Shown: positions 49,790 to 61,788 of the stretch, piece after piece
Position numbering within the stretch: the first letter of the stretch is position 1
Layout of the letters: each line of letters starts with the position of its first letter
From: Squalus acanthias
Lineage: Eukaryota
Direction of reading: 5' to 3'
DNA: 64,000 nucleotides
NCBI GenBank assembly: GCA_030390025.1
Contig: CM059432.1
Span: 73,286,001-73,350,000 of the forward strand
Translations under genes and position numbers: made by a program
The notes under the pieces: model-generated
Seen by the model: the letters and a program-made list of their open reading frames with translations, nothing else
Told to the model about the DNA's origin: nothing
The model's database searches: none

Positions 49790-50727
49790 TCATTCTGGAG
49801 ATCCTGGCTGGTGACTACTGAAGGGCACCTCCAGATTGGTCCAGGCACCTGAAGCTCATCTTGAGCATGCCGATAGCTTGCTCAATGCCACATCTGGTAA
49901 TGTGTGGCCACCAGGTCCAGCAGGGAGTAGGTCTTCTTCTAGAAGGCTTCAGATGTCTGCCACCATCTGATGTGACAATCTGAGCCTCTGGAAGCAACGC
50001 CTCAATTAAAAAACTCTCATCCTTGTTTTCAAATCCCTCCATGGCCTCACCCCTCCCTATCTCTGTAATCTCCTCCAGCCCTCTAATCCCCCAAGATCTC
50101 TGCACTCTGCCAATTCTGGTCTCTTGAACATCCCCGATTTGAATTGCTCCACCATTGGTGGCCGTGCCTTTAGCTGCTTAAGTCCTAAGTTCTGGAATTC
50201 CCTCCCTAAATCTCTCCGCCTCTCTACTTCTCTTTCCTCCTTTAAGACGCTCATTAAAACCTACATCTTTAACCAAGCTTTTGGTCAACTGCCTAACATC
50301 TCCTTATAAGCTCAGTGTCAAAATTTTGTTTTTTGATAACGCTCCTGTGAAGCGCCTTGGGATGTTTTATTACGTTAAAGGCTCTATAAAATGTAAGTTG
50401 TTGTTGTTCTTCCGAGAGGTCAAAGAAGCTGATCTTCTCCCTTTAGGAACCATTGGTTAGGCCGTGGTAGATCATGGAATAATGAGCGGAGCATGCTGCA
50501 CCCAGTGACAGCAGGATCCTAAATAGGCATTAGGTCCCTGATTATCATATTTAACGGAGTCTAACGCCTGTTTCAGGCAGGCGCCCCGGACACTCGGAAA
50601 TTACCGTCTGTCAGTTCGGCAGCTGATGTACTTCTGGGGTGAATTGGGCACAGGAAATTCCCGGAAATTTGATCCCATATGCATTTTGCGCCCAAAAACA
50701 GATGCGACGGGGACCAATTACTCCTCA
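49790..50727 (-). mobile_element. Decayed Harbinger remnant (transposase piece 49790-49905, terminus near 50727) with an L2 insert
   Basis: IEQAIGMLKMSFRCLDQSGGALQ; terminal CCAATTACTCCTC. Confidence 0.6.
49985..50410 (+). mobile_element. L2 LINE 3' fragment
   Basis: IGGRAFSCLSPKFWNSLP; (TTG)n tail. Confidence 0.85.
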
Positions 50728-50837
50728 CTTGACATTGGATGGATGATCATAGACAGGAGGTGTTGGCCGGTGGCTTTACATATAGAAAGGTTGATGTTAG
50801 TCTGTAATGTACAATAAACACTTCACTGTGTTGGACA

Positions 50838-52170
50838 GGGCTGGGAAGTTCCACTGTGGAGTTATTTTGGGGAAGGGGTGAAACAGGCGCTAAGTGGGCG
50901 CTGTGCTAATAAGATGCGCCTGTTTAAAAGTCTGGATTTAGCCCGCAATTTAGGTGTTAATTGCTGATTACCATGATTTAAATGTGCCTGCAGGCGCTAC
51001 AACAGAGGCCTGCACATTTAGCATTCAGGCGTTGATTCGGAGCAATTTTCCTGGTGCAGTATTTAACGCCTCCATGCACGCACTTCCACTGAAGTTGTGG
51101 AGTGCGCTGGCTGACAGACGGCTCAGGGACCGAGGGAGAGGGCCCACCGGTTCTCAGAGGTGGCACTGGAGGTCCTGGTGGAGGAGATACAGCGGAGGAG
51201 AGATGTCCTGTACTCGCGGGGGGAAAGAGGCCACAGAGGCAACTAATACAGTGGATGTGGGAGGAGATGGCTAAAGATGTCACAGCCAGGAGCACTGTCC
51301 AAAGGACATAGATTTTAGGGGAATCAAAGGATATGGAGATCGGGCAGGAAAGTGGAGTTGAGGTCGATGATCAGCCATGATCTTATTGAATGGCGGAGCA
51401 GGCTCGAGGGGCCGCATGGCCTACTCCTGCTCTTACTTCTTATGTTCTTATGTTCTTATACACACACCCCACAGAATGGCATCCTTCACAGGTACCACTC
51501 ATGCCTCAGACATATATCACAACTCTTCAACCCACAAACACATCTGTCAATACACTTATTCACAATCACCACTTTTTCTCTTGCAGGACAAGGTAGCACA
51601 TAACAGGCGCCAGCAGCACCTGACCGGGAGCGGGGAAGCACGACTCCATGAGATCACTCCCCTTGGTAATCGGGAGGGGATGGCAGACGCCATGGCCACA
51701 GGCAGAGCAGGGGACATATCGCCTAGAGGTACGTGGCCACTCCAGCTTCCTTACATATCCGCAACTACAGCAACAACACAAAAGCAAAATACTGCGGATG
51801 CTGGAAATCTGAAATAAAAACAGAAAATGCTGGAAATGCTCAGCAGGTCAGGCAGCATCTGTGGAGAGAGAAACAGAGTTAACGTTTCAGGTTGATGAGT
51901 TCTGACGAAAGTTCATTGACCTGAAACGTTAACTCTGTTGCTCTCTCCACAGGTACTGCCCCCAACTATTCCTGATCCCTAATTCCCCCAAGACTATCCT
52001 CACTCTCAAGCTCCATATGGTCTCATCACACACATCCTCCTATAGTGGCCACACGCGCTGCACCCTAACCCTTCTAGCTTTATCATTGCAGGCTTCCAGG
52101 AGCAAGATCCGCCTCACCCCCCTAGTGGAAGAGGAGGAGGAGGAGGAAAGCGAGGAGGAAGGCATTGCAT
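50838..52170 (+). mobile_element. Decayed Harbinger Myb-gene end, interrupted by a CR1 tail (51310-51456) and a Penelope hairpin (51775-51960)
   Basis: Exon-2-like DKVAHNRRQQHLTGSGEARLHEITPL after TTTCTCTTGCAG; acidic exon 3 start. Confidence 0.7.
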
Positions 52171-53708
52171 CACCTCCAGTGTCATCCCAGCACCTAACAC
52201 ATCTCCCCCCCCTTTCAACATTCCGAAAAGACCGTTCTGTCCATGACACCCGATATAGACGGGTTGGTCAGATGGGCAGAACAGTGGCAAATGGAATTTA
52301 ACCCTGAAAAGTGTGAGGTGATGCATTTTGGGAGGACTAACAAGGCAAGGGAATACACAATGAATGGTAGGATTCTAGGAAGGACAGAGGATCAGAGGGA
52401 CCTTGGTGTGCATGTACATAGATCCCTGAAGGCAGCAGGACAGGTAGATAAGGTGGTTAAAAAGGCATATGGGATACTTGCCTTCATTACCGGAGGCATA
52501 GAATATAAGAGCAGGGAGGTTATGATGGAGCTTTACAAAGCGCTAGTTAGGCCACAGCTGGAATACTGTGTGCAGTCCTGGTCGCCACACTATAGGAAGG
52601 ATGTGATTGCATTGGAGAGGGTGCAGAGGAGATTCACCAGGATGTTACCTGGGCTGGAGCGCTTCAGCTATGAAGAGAGACTGGACAGGCTGGGGTTGTT
52701 TTTCTTAGAGCAGAGAAGGCTGAGGGGGGACCTGATTGAGGTGTACAAAATTATGAGGGGCATAGATAGAGTAGATAGAAAGGAACTTTTCCCCTTAGTA
52801 GAGGGGTCAATAACCAGGGGGCATAGTTTCAAGGTAAGGGGCAGGAGGTTTAGAGGCGATTTGAGGAAAAACTTTTTCACCCAGAGGGTGGTTGGAATCT
52901 GGAACTCACTGCCTGAAAGGGTGGTAGAGGCAGGAACCCTCACAACATTCAAGAAGCATTTAGATGAGCACTTGAAACGCCATAGCATACAAGGCTACGG
53001 ACCAAGTGCTGGAAAATGGGATTAGAATAGATAGGTCTTGATGGCCAGCGCGGACACGATGGGCCGAAGGGCCTCTTTCTGTGCTGTATAAATCTATGAC
53101 TCTATGACCCTCGATTACCCCGAACACCCACTCCCCTTCCCATGGCACCTTCCTGTGTAAGTGCAGGAGATGCAACAACTGCCCTTTTACCTCCTCTCTT
53201 CCCACCGGCCAGAACCCCAAACACTCCTTCCAGGTGAAACAGAGAGATACTTGTACTTCTTTCAATTTAGTATACTGTATTTGCTCTACATTGGGGAGAC
53301 CAAATGCAGATTGGGTGATCACTTTGCAGAACATCTCCGTTCAGTCTACAAGCATGAGATGTGAACCCAAGCTTTTGGTCGCCTGTCATTTTAATTCTCC
53401 GGACCACTCCCTCTCTGACCCCTCTGTCCTCGGCCTCCTACACTGTTCCAAAGAAGCTCAATGTAAGCTCGAGGAACAGCACCTCATTGTCATTTAGTAT
53501 CTACTGCCTTCCACCCTATCACAGACCTTCTCTTTTATTCTTTCCTCCCCTCCCCTCTTTCCTTGCCTCTGTACTTGCTTAAAACCTGTTACATCTGTAA
53601 CATTTTCCAGTTCTGACGAAGGGTCATCGACCTGAAACGTTAACTCTGTTTCTCTCTCCACAGATGCTGCCTGACCTGCTGAGTATTTCCAGCATTGCCT
53701 GTTTTTAT
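52171..53708 (+). mobile_element. Penelope-like element 3' part (GIY-YIG remnant plus terminal repeat with hammerhead at about 53609-53645), split by CR1
   Basis: TCTSFNLVYCI, LYIGETKCRLGDHFAEHLRS; CTGACGA..GAAACGTT. Confidence 0.85.
52252..53105 (+). mobile_element. CR1 3' fragment with open frame
   Basis: ORF 52243-53025 WAEQWQMEFNPEKC..; (ACTCTATG) tail. Confidence 0.92.
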
Positions 53709-53919
53709 TTAAGTAAGGAACAGTGCTTGGCTCAGTCAGTTGACTGTGAGCTAATCTGATTGCATGTCTCCTGAATGTTTTGCACCACTTTACAAGATTG
53801 TCTAATACAGGAGAACCTGGCAAAGGCAGCCAAAGAAGTGTCAAGAGCACAACACAGAGGCAGAGAAGAAGATGCCACAATTTCACAGAGTCTGATCTGC
53901 AAACCGTCCTCGATGAAAT

Positions 53920-56900
53920 AGAACAAGTGGAGCAAATGTCAGTAGGTGAACATTTAGGGAACAGTGATCATAGTATCATAAGGTTTAGATTAGCTATGGA
54001 AAAGGACAGGGAGCAACCTAGAGTAAAAATGTTTAACTGGGGGAAGGCCAATTTCAGTGGGATGAGAATGGATCTGGCCCGGGTAAACTGGAATCAAAGA
54101 TTGGCAGGCAAAACTGTAATGGAACAATGGGCAGCCTTTAAAGAGGAAATAGTTCAGGGACAGTTGAGGTACATTCCCACTCGGGGGAAAGGCAGGACAA
54201 CTAAAGTCAGCGCTCCCTGGATGACGAAAGAGATAGAGAATATGATGAAGCAGAAAAAGAGTTCGTATGAAAGATGTCAGGTTGCAAATACATCTGAGAA
54301 TCATGCTATATATAGAAAGGTCAGAGGAGAAGTGAAAAAGAAAATAAGAGGAGCAAAGAGAGGGTATGAGAATAGAATGGCAGCCAACATAAAAGATTAT
54401 CCAAAAGTCTTCTATAGGCATATAAATAGTAAAAGAGTTGTAAGAGGAGGGATGGGGCCGATTAGGAACCAAAAAGGAGACCTATGCATGGAGGCAGAGG
54501 GCATGGCTGAGGTACAAAATGAATACTTTGCATCTGTCTTCACCAAGGAAGAGGATGCTGCCATAGATGTAGTGAAGGAGGAGGTAGTGGAGATACTTGA
54601 TAGGATAAAAATTGATAAAGAGGTATTAGAAAGGCTGGCTGTACTTAAAGTAGATAAATCACCAGAAGTAGATGGGATGCATCCTAGGATGCTGAGAGAA
54701 TTGAGGGCGGAAATCGCGGAGGTACTGGCCATAATATTCCAATCCTCCTTAGATACGGGGCTGGTGCCAGAGGACTGGAGAATTGCAAATGTTACACCAT
54801 TGTTCAAAAAAAGGGTGTAAAGATAAACCCAGCAACTACAGGCCAGTCAGTTTGACCTCGGTAGTGGAGAAGCTTTTAGAAACAGTAATCAGGGACAAAA
54901 TTAACAGTCACTTGGCTAGGTGTGGATTAATTAAGGAAAGCCAGCATGGATTTGTTAAAGGCAAATCATGTTTAACCAACTTGATTGAGTTCTTTGATGA
55001 GGTAACAGAGAGGGTTGATGAGGGTAATGCGATTGACGTAGTGTACATGGATTTCCAAAAGGCGTTCGACAAAGTGCCACATAATAGGCTTGCCAGCAAA
55101 GTTGAAGCCCATGGAATGAAAGGGACTGTGGCAGCATGGATACAGAATTAGCTAAGTGATAGGAAACAGAGAGTAGTGGTGAATGGTTGTTTTTTAGACT
55201 GGAGGAAGGTATACAGTGGTGTTCCCCAGGGGTCGGTTCAAGGACCACTGCTTTTCTTGATATATATTAATGACTTGGACTTGGGTGTACAAGGCACAAT
55301 TTCAAAATTTGCAGATGACACAAAACTTGGAAGTATAGTGAACAGTGAGGAGGAGAGTGATTGACTTCAGGAAGACATAGACAGGCTGGTGAAATAGGTG
55401 GACACGTGGCAGATGAAATTTAACGCAGAAACGTGTGAAGTATACATTTTGGTAGAAAGAATGAGGAGAGGACATATAAACAAAATGGTACAATCCTAAA
55501 GGGGGTGCACGAACAGAGAGACCCGGGGGTATGTGTGCACAAATCGTTGAAGGTGGCAGGGCAGATTGAGAAAGCAGTTAAAAAGGCTTACGGAATCCTG
55601 GGCGTCATAAATAGGGGTATAGAGTACATAAGAACATAAGAAATAGGTGCAGGAGTAGGCCATTTGGCCCCTCGAGCCTGCTCCACCATTCAATAAGATC
55701 ATGGCTGGTCTGATCTTGGCCTCAATTCCACTTTCCTGCCTGTTCCCCATAACCCTTGATTCCCCTGTAGTTCAAAAATCTGTCTATCTCAGCCTTGAAT
55801 ATATTCAATGACTCAGCCTCCACAGCTCTCTGGGGTAGAGAATTCCAAAGATTCACGACCCTTTGAGAGAAGAAATTCCTCCTCATCTTCGTCTTAAATG
55901 GGCAACCCCTTATCCTGAAACTCTGACCCCTAGTTCTAGATTCCCCCACAAGGGGAAACATCCTCTCAGCATCTACCCTGTCAAGCCCCCTCAGAATCTT
56001 ATATATTTCAATAAGATCTCATTCGTCTAAATTCCAATGAGTATCGGCCTAACCTGCTCAACCTTTCCTCATAAGACAACTCCTTCATCCCAGGAATCAA
56101 CCTAGTGAACCTTCTCTGAACTGCCTCCAAAGCAAGTATATCCCTTCTTAAATAAGGAGACCAAAACTGTACGCAGTACTCTAGGTGTGATCGCACCAAC
56201 GCCCTGTACAGTTGTAGCAAGACTTCCCTACTTTTATACTCCATCCCCCTTGCAATAAAGGCCAACATTCCATTTGCCTTCCTAATTACTTGCTGTACCT
56301 GCATGCTAACTTTTTGTGTTTCATGTACGAGGACACCCAGATCCCTCTGTAACGCAGCATTATGTAGTCTCTTTCCATTTAAATAATATTTTCTTTTCTA
56401 TTCTTCCTACCAAAGTGGATAACCTCACATTATACTCCATCTGCCAAATTTTTGCCCACTCACTTAACCTATCTATATCCCTTTGCAGACTCTTTGTGTC
56501 CTCCGCACAACTTGCTTTCCCACATATCTTTGTATCATCAGCAAATTTGGCTACATCCAAGTCATTAATATAGATTGTAAATAGTTGAGGCCCCAGCACT
56601 GATCCCTGTGGCACCCCACTAGTTACAGTTTGCCAACCTGAAAATGTCCCATTTATCCCGACTCTCTGTTTTCTGTTAGTTAGCCAATCCTCTATCCATG
56701 CTAATATATTACCCCCAACACCATGAGCTCTTACCTTGTGCAGTAACCTTTTATGTGGCAGCTTATCAAATGCCTTTTGGAAATCCAAATATACTACATC
56801 TACTGGTTCCCCTTTATCCACCCTGCTCATTACACCCTCAAAGAACTCTAATAAATTTGACAAATACGATTTCCCTTTCATAAAACCATGTTGACTCTGC

Positions 56901-57715
56901 TTGATTGTATTATGATTTTCTAAATGTCCTGCTACTACTTCCTTAATAATGGATTCCCACATTTTCCCAATGACAGTTGTTAGGCTAACTGGCCTATAGT
57001 TTCCTGCTTTCTGTCTCCCTCCTTTCTTGACTATGGGCGTTATATTTGCGGTTTTCCAATCCACTGAGACCTTTCCAGAGTCTAGGGAATTTTGGAAGAT
57101 TACAACCAATGCATCCACAAAAGAATGGAAATTATGATGAACCTGTATAAAACACTGGTTCGGCCCCAACTGGAGTACTGTGTCCAATTCTGGGCACCAC
57201 ACTTTAGGAAGGATGTGAAGGCCTTAGAGAGGGTGCAGAAAGGATTTACGAGAATGATTCCTGGAATGAGGGATTTCAGTTACATTGATAGACTGGAGAA
57301 GCTGGGGTTGTTTTCCTTGGAGCAGAGAAGATTGAGAGGAGATTTGATAGAGGTGTTCAAAATCATGAGTGGTCTGGACAGAGTAGATAGAGAAAAACTG
57401 TTCCCATTGGCCGAAGGGTCGAGAACCAGAGGACACAGATTTAAGGTGATTGGCAAAAGAACCAAAGGCGACGTAAGAAAAAACTTTTTTACGCAGTGAG
57501 TGGTTAAGATCTGGAATGCACTGCCTGAAAGGGTGGTGGAGGCAGACTCAATATTATCTTTCAAAAGGGAGTTGGATTAGTATCTGAAGGAAACAAATTT
57601 GCAGGGCTACAGGGAAAAGGTGGGGGAGTGGGACTAGCTGAGAGCTGGCACGGGCTCGACGGGCCGAATGGCCTTCTTCTGTGCTGTAACCATTCTATGA
57701 TTTCTATGATTCTAT
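53920..57715 (+). mobile_element. CR1 LINE ORF2 region split by an oppositely oriented CR1 (pieces 53920-55626 and 57118-57715)
   Basis: Reading resumes across the insert (IEY | KRMEIMM); SDH, KSP, GVPQG, FADD. Confidence 0.9.
55627..57117 (-). mobile_element. CR1 LINE, 5'-truncated, nested
   Basis: ORFs 56360-57202 and 56008-56304; (TTCTTATG)n tail. Confidence 0.9.
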
Positions 57716-58651
57716 AACGCAGGAGAGAGAATGTGGGGTGTCCATGGCAGGAAACCTACCAAAAAATGTCATTAATGCCATGTGGAGGTAGGTGGCACTG
57801 TCCACGACTGTAGACCAGTGCCACAAAAAGTTAAATGACGGACCAGGAAAATTAACATATCAGCCACTCTCCGTTTTCTTCTTTGGACAGCCTGGGCACC
57901 AGCACACTTTACCCCCTCTAAAACTAACAGTGGTGCACAATTTACTCTGGTGACGGGGGTCACTAACTCAGAATCTTGCACTATTGCTACCCATCTCCCT
58001 TCACAGCAAATCACTTACAAGCATAACCGTAAAACCCTTCCTTCCACTTTATTTTAACAGGATAGTACCAGCACATCTCTTACTTTAGCTTTCCCTTGTC
58101 ACTTGACACACGCTCCTCAATTGTTAGCCACTCCCTGATTTACTTAAGCTTGTTGCAGGAGGAAGATGATGATGAGGAGAAAGAACAGGAAAACAACGGC
58201 TTCCTTGTGAACAATGATGATGTTGAAGAAGGCAGGGAGGATGATGATGAAGAGCGATGAAAGCCACCCACTAGTTTCTGCAGAGACCTCTGGTACCATG
58301 TTCCTCTGTCCTAACCTCCTTCAACTCATCCCTAGGATCTCTTGCTTTATCACTTCCTTACACCAGCTCAGATACTTTCACTCCGATGGGTGGGTAGGGG
58401 GTGCAGAAATTAGAGACTGATGGTTAGGAAGTGACACCAGGTGATACACAGAGCATGAGGGAGCTGGAGGAGTGGGGAGTGGTGAAGATGTGCCATCGTC
58501 TTAGTGCAGGCTGAGGACAAATCTGCGCATGGCTTTGGAGTCGTGGGATCCAGAAGTTATGGGTACTCACGTGAAAAGAAGTCTGTTCAAGAAACATCAT
58601 ACATATCTACTTCAAGGGGAAGCTAGGTAAGGAGAATCATAGCACCATAGC

Positions 58652-59845
58652 ACCTTTCAGAAGGCTTTCAATAAGGTCCCGCATAAGAGATTAGCGTGCA
58701 AAGTTAAAGCACATGGGATTGGGGGTAAGGTGCTGACTTGGATAGAAAACTGGTTGGCAGACAGGAAGCAAAGAGTTGGAATACACGGGTCTTTTTCCGA
58801 GTGGCAGGCAGTGACTAGTGGGGTACTGCAGGGATCGGTGCTAGGACCCCAGTTGTTCACAATATATATTAATGATCTAGACGCGGGAACTAGATGTAAT
58901 ATCTCCAAGTTCGCAGACAACACAAAGCTGGGTGGGCGTGTGTGCTGTGAGGAGGATGCAGAAAAACTCCAGTATGATTTGGACAGGTTGGGTTATTGGG
59001 CAGATGCATGGCAGATGCAATATAATGTGGATAAATGCGAGGTTATCCACTTTGGTGGCAAAAACAGGAAGGCAGATTATTATCTGAACGGCAATAGATT
59101 GGGAAAAGGGGAAGTGCAACGAGACCTGGGTGTCCTTGTGCACCAGTCGCAGAAGGTAAGCATGCAGGTACAGCAGGCGGTTAAAAGGCAAATGGTATGT
59201 TGGCCTTCATAGTGAGAGGATTTGAGTACAGGAGCAAGGATGTCTTGCTGCAGTTGTACAGGGCCTTGGTGAGACCACACCTTGAGTACTGTGTGCAGTT
59301 TTGGTCGCCTTATCTGAGGAAGGATGTTCTTGCCATGGAGGGAGTGCAGTGAAGATTCACCAGACTGATACCTGGGATGGCAGGAATGACATATGAAGAG
59401 AGATTGGGTCGACTGGGCTTGTATTCGCTAGAGTTTAGAAGAATGAGAGGGGATCTCATTGAAACTTATAAAATTCTAACAGGACTAGACAGACTAGATG
59501 CAGGAAGGCTGTTCCCGATGGTGGGGAGTCCAAAACCAGGGGTCACAGTCTAAGGATAAGGGATAAGCCATTTAGGACTGAGATGAGGAGGAATTTCTTC
59601 ACCCAGAGAGTGGTGAACCTGTGGAATTCTCTGCCACAGAAGGCAGTTGAGGCCAATTCATTAAATATATTCAAGAAGGAGTTAGATATATTTCTTAAGG
59701 CTAAGGGGATCAAGGGATATGGGGAGAAAGTAGGGACAGGGTACTGAATTTGGATGATCAGCCATGATCGCATTGAATGGCGGAGCAGGCTCGAGGGGCC
59801 GAATGGCCTACTCCTGCTCCTATCTTCTATGTTTCTATGTTTCTA
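58652..59845 (+). mobile_element. CR1 LINE, 5'-truncated
   Basis: ORF 58730-59212; (TTTCTATG) tail. Confidence 0.9.
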
Positions 59846-61280
59846 TACAGCACAGAAGGAGGCCATTTGCCCATCGTGCCTTTCAAAGAGCTATCCAATT
59901 AGCCCTACTCCGCTGCTCTTTCCTTATAGCCCTGTGAATTTTTTCCCTTCGTTGTTCACAAGGAAGCCGTTGTTTTCCTGTTCTTGCTCCTCCTCATCAT
60001 TTTCCTTCGGCAACAAGCTTAAGTAAATCAGCATCACTAAAAAAAATCATCTGGTCATTATCACATTGCTGTTTCTGGGAGCTTGTTGTGCACAAATTGG
60101 CTGCCGCGTTTCCTACCTTACAACAGTGACTACACTTCAAAAGTACTTCATTGGCTGTAAAGCGCTTTGGGACATCCGGTGGTCATGAAAGGCACTATAT
60201 AAATGTAAATCTTTCTTTTTTTTCAAGTATTTATCCAATTCCCTTATAAAAATTACTATTGAATCTGCTTTCACCATCCTTTCAGGCAGTACATTCCTGA
60301 TCATAACAACTCGCTGCGTAAAAAAATGTTTCCTCATGTCGCCTCTGGTTCTTTTGCCAATCACCTTAAATTTGTGTCCTTTGGTTACTGACCCTTCTGC
60401 CTTGGGAAACAGGTTCTCCTTATTTACTCTATCAAAACCGTTCATGATTTTGAACACCTCTGTAAAATCTCCTCTTAACCTTCTCTGCTCTAAGGAGAAC
60501 AATCCCAGCTTCTCCAATCTCTCCACATAACTGAAGACCCTCATCCCAGGTACCATTCTATGAAAATCTCTTCTGCATCCTTTCTAAGGCCTTGACAACC
60601 TTCCGAAAGTGTGGTGCCTAGAAGTGAACACAATACTCCAGCTGAAGCCTAACCAGTGTTTTATAAAGGTTTAGCATTACTTCCTTGCTTTTGTATTCTA
60701 TGCCTCAATTAATAAAGTCAAGGATCCCATATGCTTTTTGAATAGCCTTCTCTATTTGTCCTGCCACCTTCAAAGATTTGTGTACATACACCCAGGTCTC
60801 TCTGTTCCTGCACCCCCTTTAAAATTGCACCATTTTATTTATATTGCCTCTCCTCATTCTTCCTACCAAAATGTATCACTTAACACTTCATCTGCCATGT
60901 GTCTGCCCATTTCATCAGTCTGTCTATGTCCTCCTGAGGTCTGTTACTATCCTCGATATTGTTTACTACATTTCCAATTTTTGTGCTATCTGCAAACTTT
61001 GAAATTATGCCTTGTATACCCAAGTCCAGGTCATTAATATATATCAAAAAGAGCAGTGGTCCTAATACTGAGTGCTGGGGAACACCACTATATACTTCCC
61101 TCCAGTCTGAAAATATGACCATTCACTACTACTCTCTGCTTTCTGTCCCTTAGCCAATTTTGTATCCATGTTGCCACTGTCTCTTTAATCCCATTGGCTT
61201 TAACTTTGCTAACAAGTCTATTATGTGGTACTTTACCAAATGCCTTTTGAAAGTTCATATACACAACATCAACCCTCTCC
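59846..61280 (-). mobile_element. CR1 3' part, interrupted at 59951-60220
   Basis: ORFs 60137-60556, 60880-61122 and 61088-61282. Confidence 0.85.
60030..60220 (+). mobile_element. DeuSINE 3' fragment
   Basis: Reverse complement of the 6270-6460 type sequence. Confidence 0.8.
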
Positions 61281-61788
61281 ATTACTTTGCAGGCAAATTA
61301 CAGAAAGATGCAAGTACTATAGAGTAGTGATAATGGGGGACTTCAATTATCCTAATATAGACTGGGATAGTAGCAGTGTCAAAGGCAAAGAGGGGGAGAA
61401 CTTTGTGGATCAGTGTGCTTCCAGCTCAACGGGGAAGGAAGCAGTGCTGGATTTAGTTCTGGGGAATGAAGTGGGGCAAGTGGAGCATGTTTCAGTGGGG
61501 AGCATTTGGGGAACAGTGATCAGAATATCATCAGGTTTAGAATAGTTATAGAAAAGGATAAGGAACAATCAAACGTAAAAATCGTTAACTGGAGGAGGGC
61601 TAATTTTAGTCAGTTAAACAAGGATCTGGCGCAGGTGGATTGGAATCAAAAATTGGTAGCCAAAACAGTAATTGAACAATGGGAGGCCATTAAAGTGGAA
61701 ATAGTTTGTGTATAGTGTAGAGATATTGCCTTGAGGGGGAAAGGAAGGGTATCCAAAGCTAGAGCCTCCTGGATGACTAAAGATAAAT
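61281..61788 (+). mobile_element. CR1 endonuclease-region fragment, inverted relative to the adjacent CR1
   Basis: VVIMGDFNYPNIDW, LDLVLGNEVGQV. Confidence 0.85.

Noticed and set aside
53780..53920. Novel N-terminal extension on a CR1 ORF
   Set aside because: Non-ATG start; chance in-frame fusion with flanking sequence, probably an old Myb-like remnant (NFTESDLQTVLDEI)
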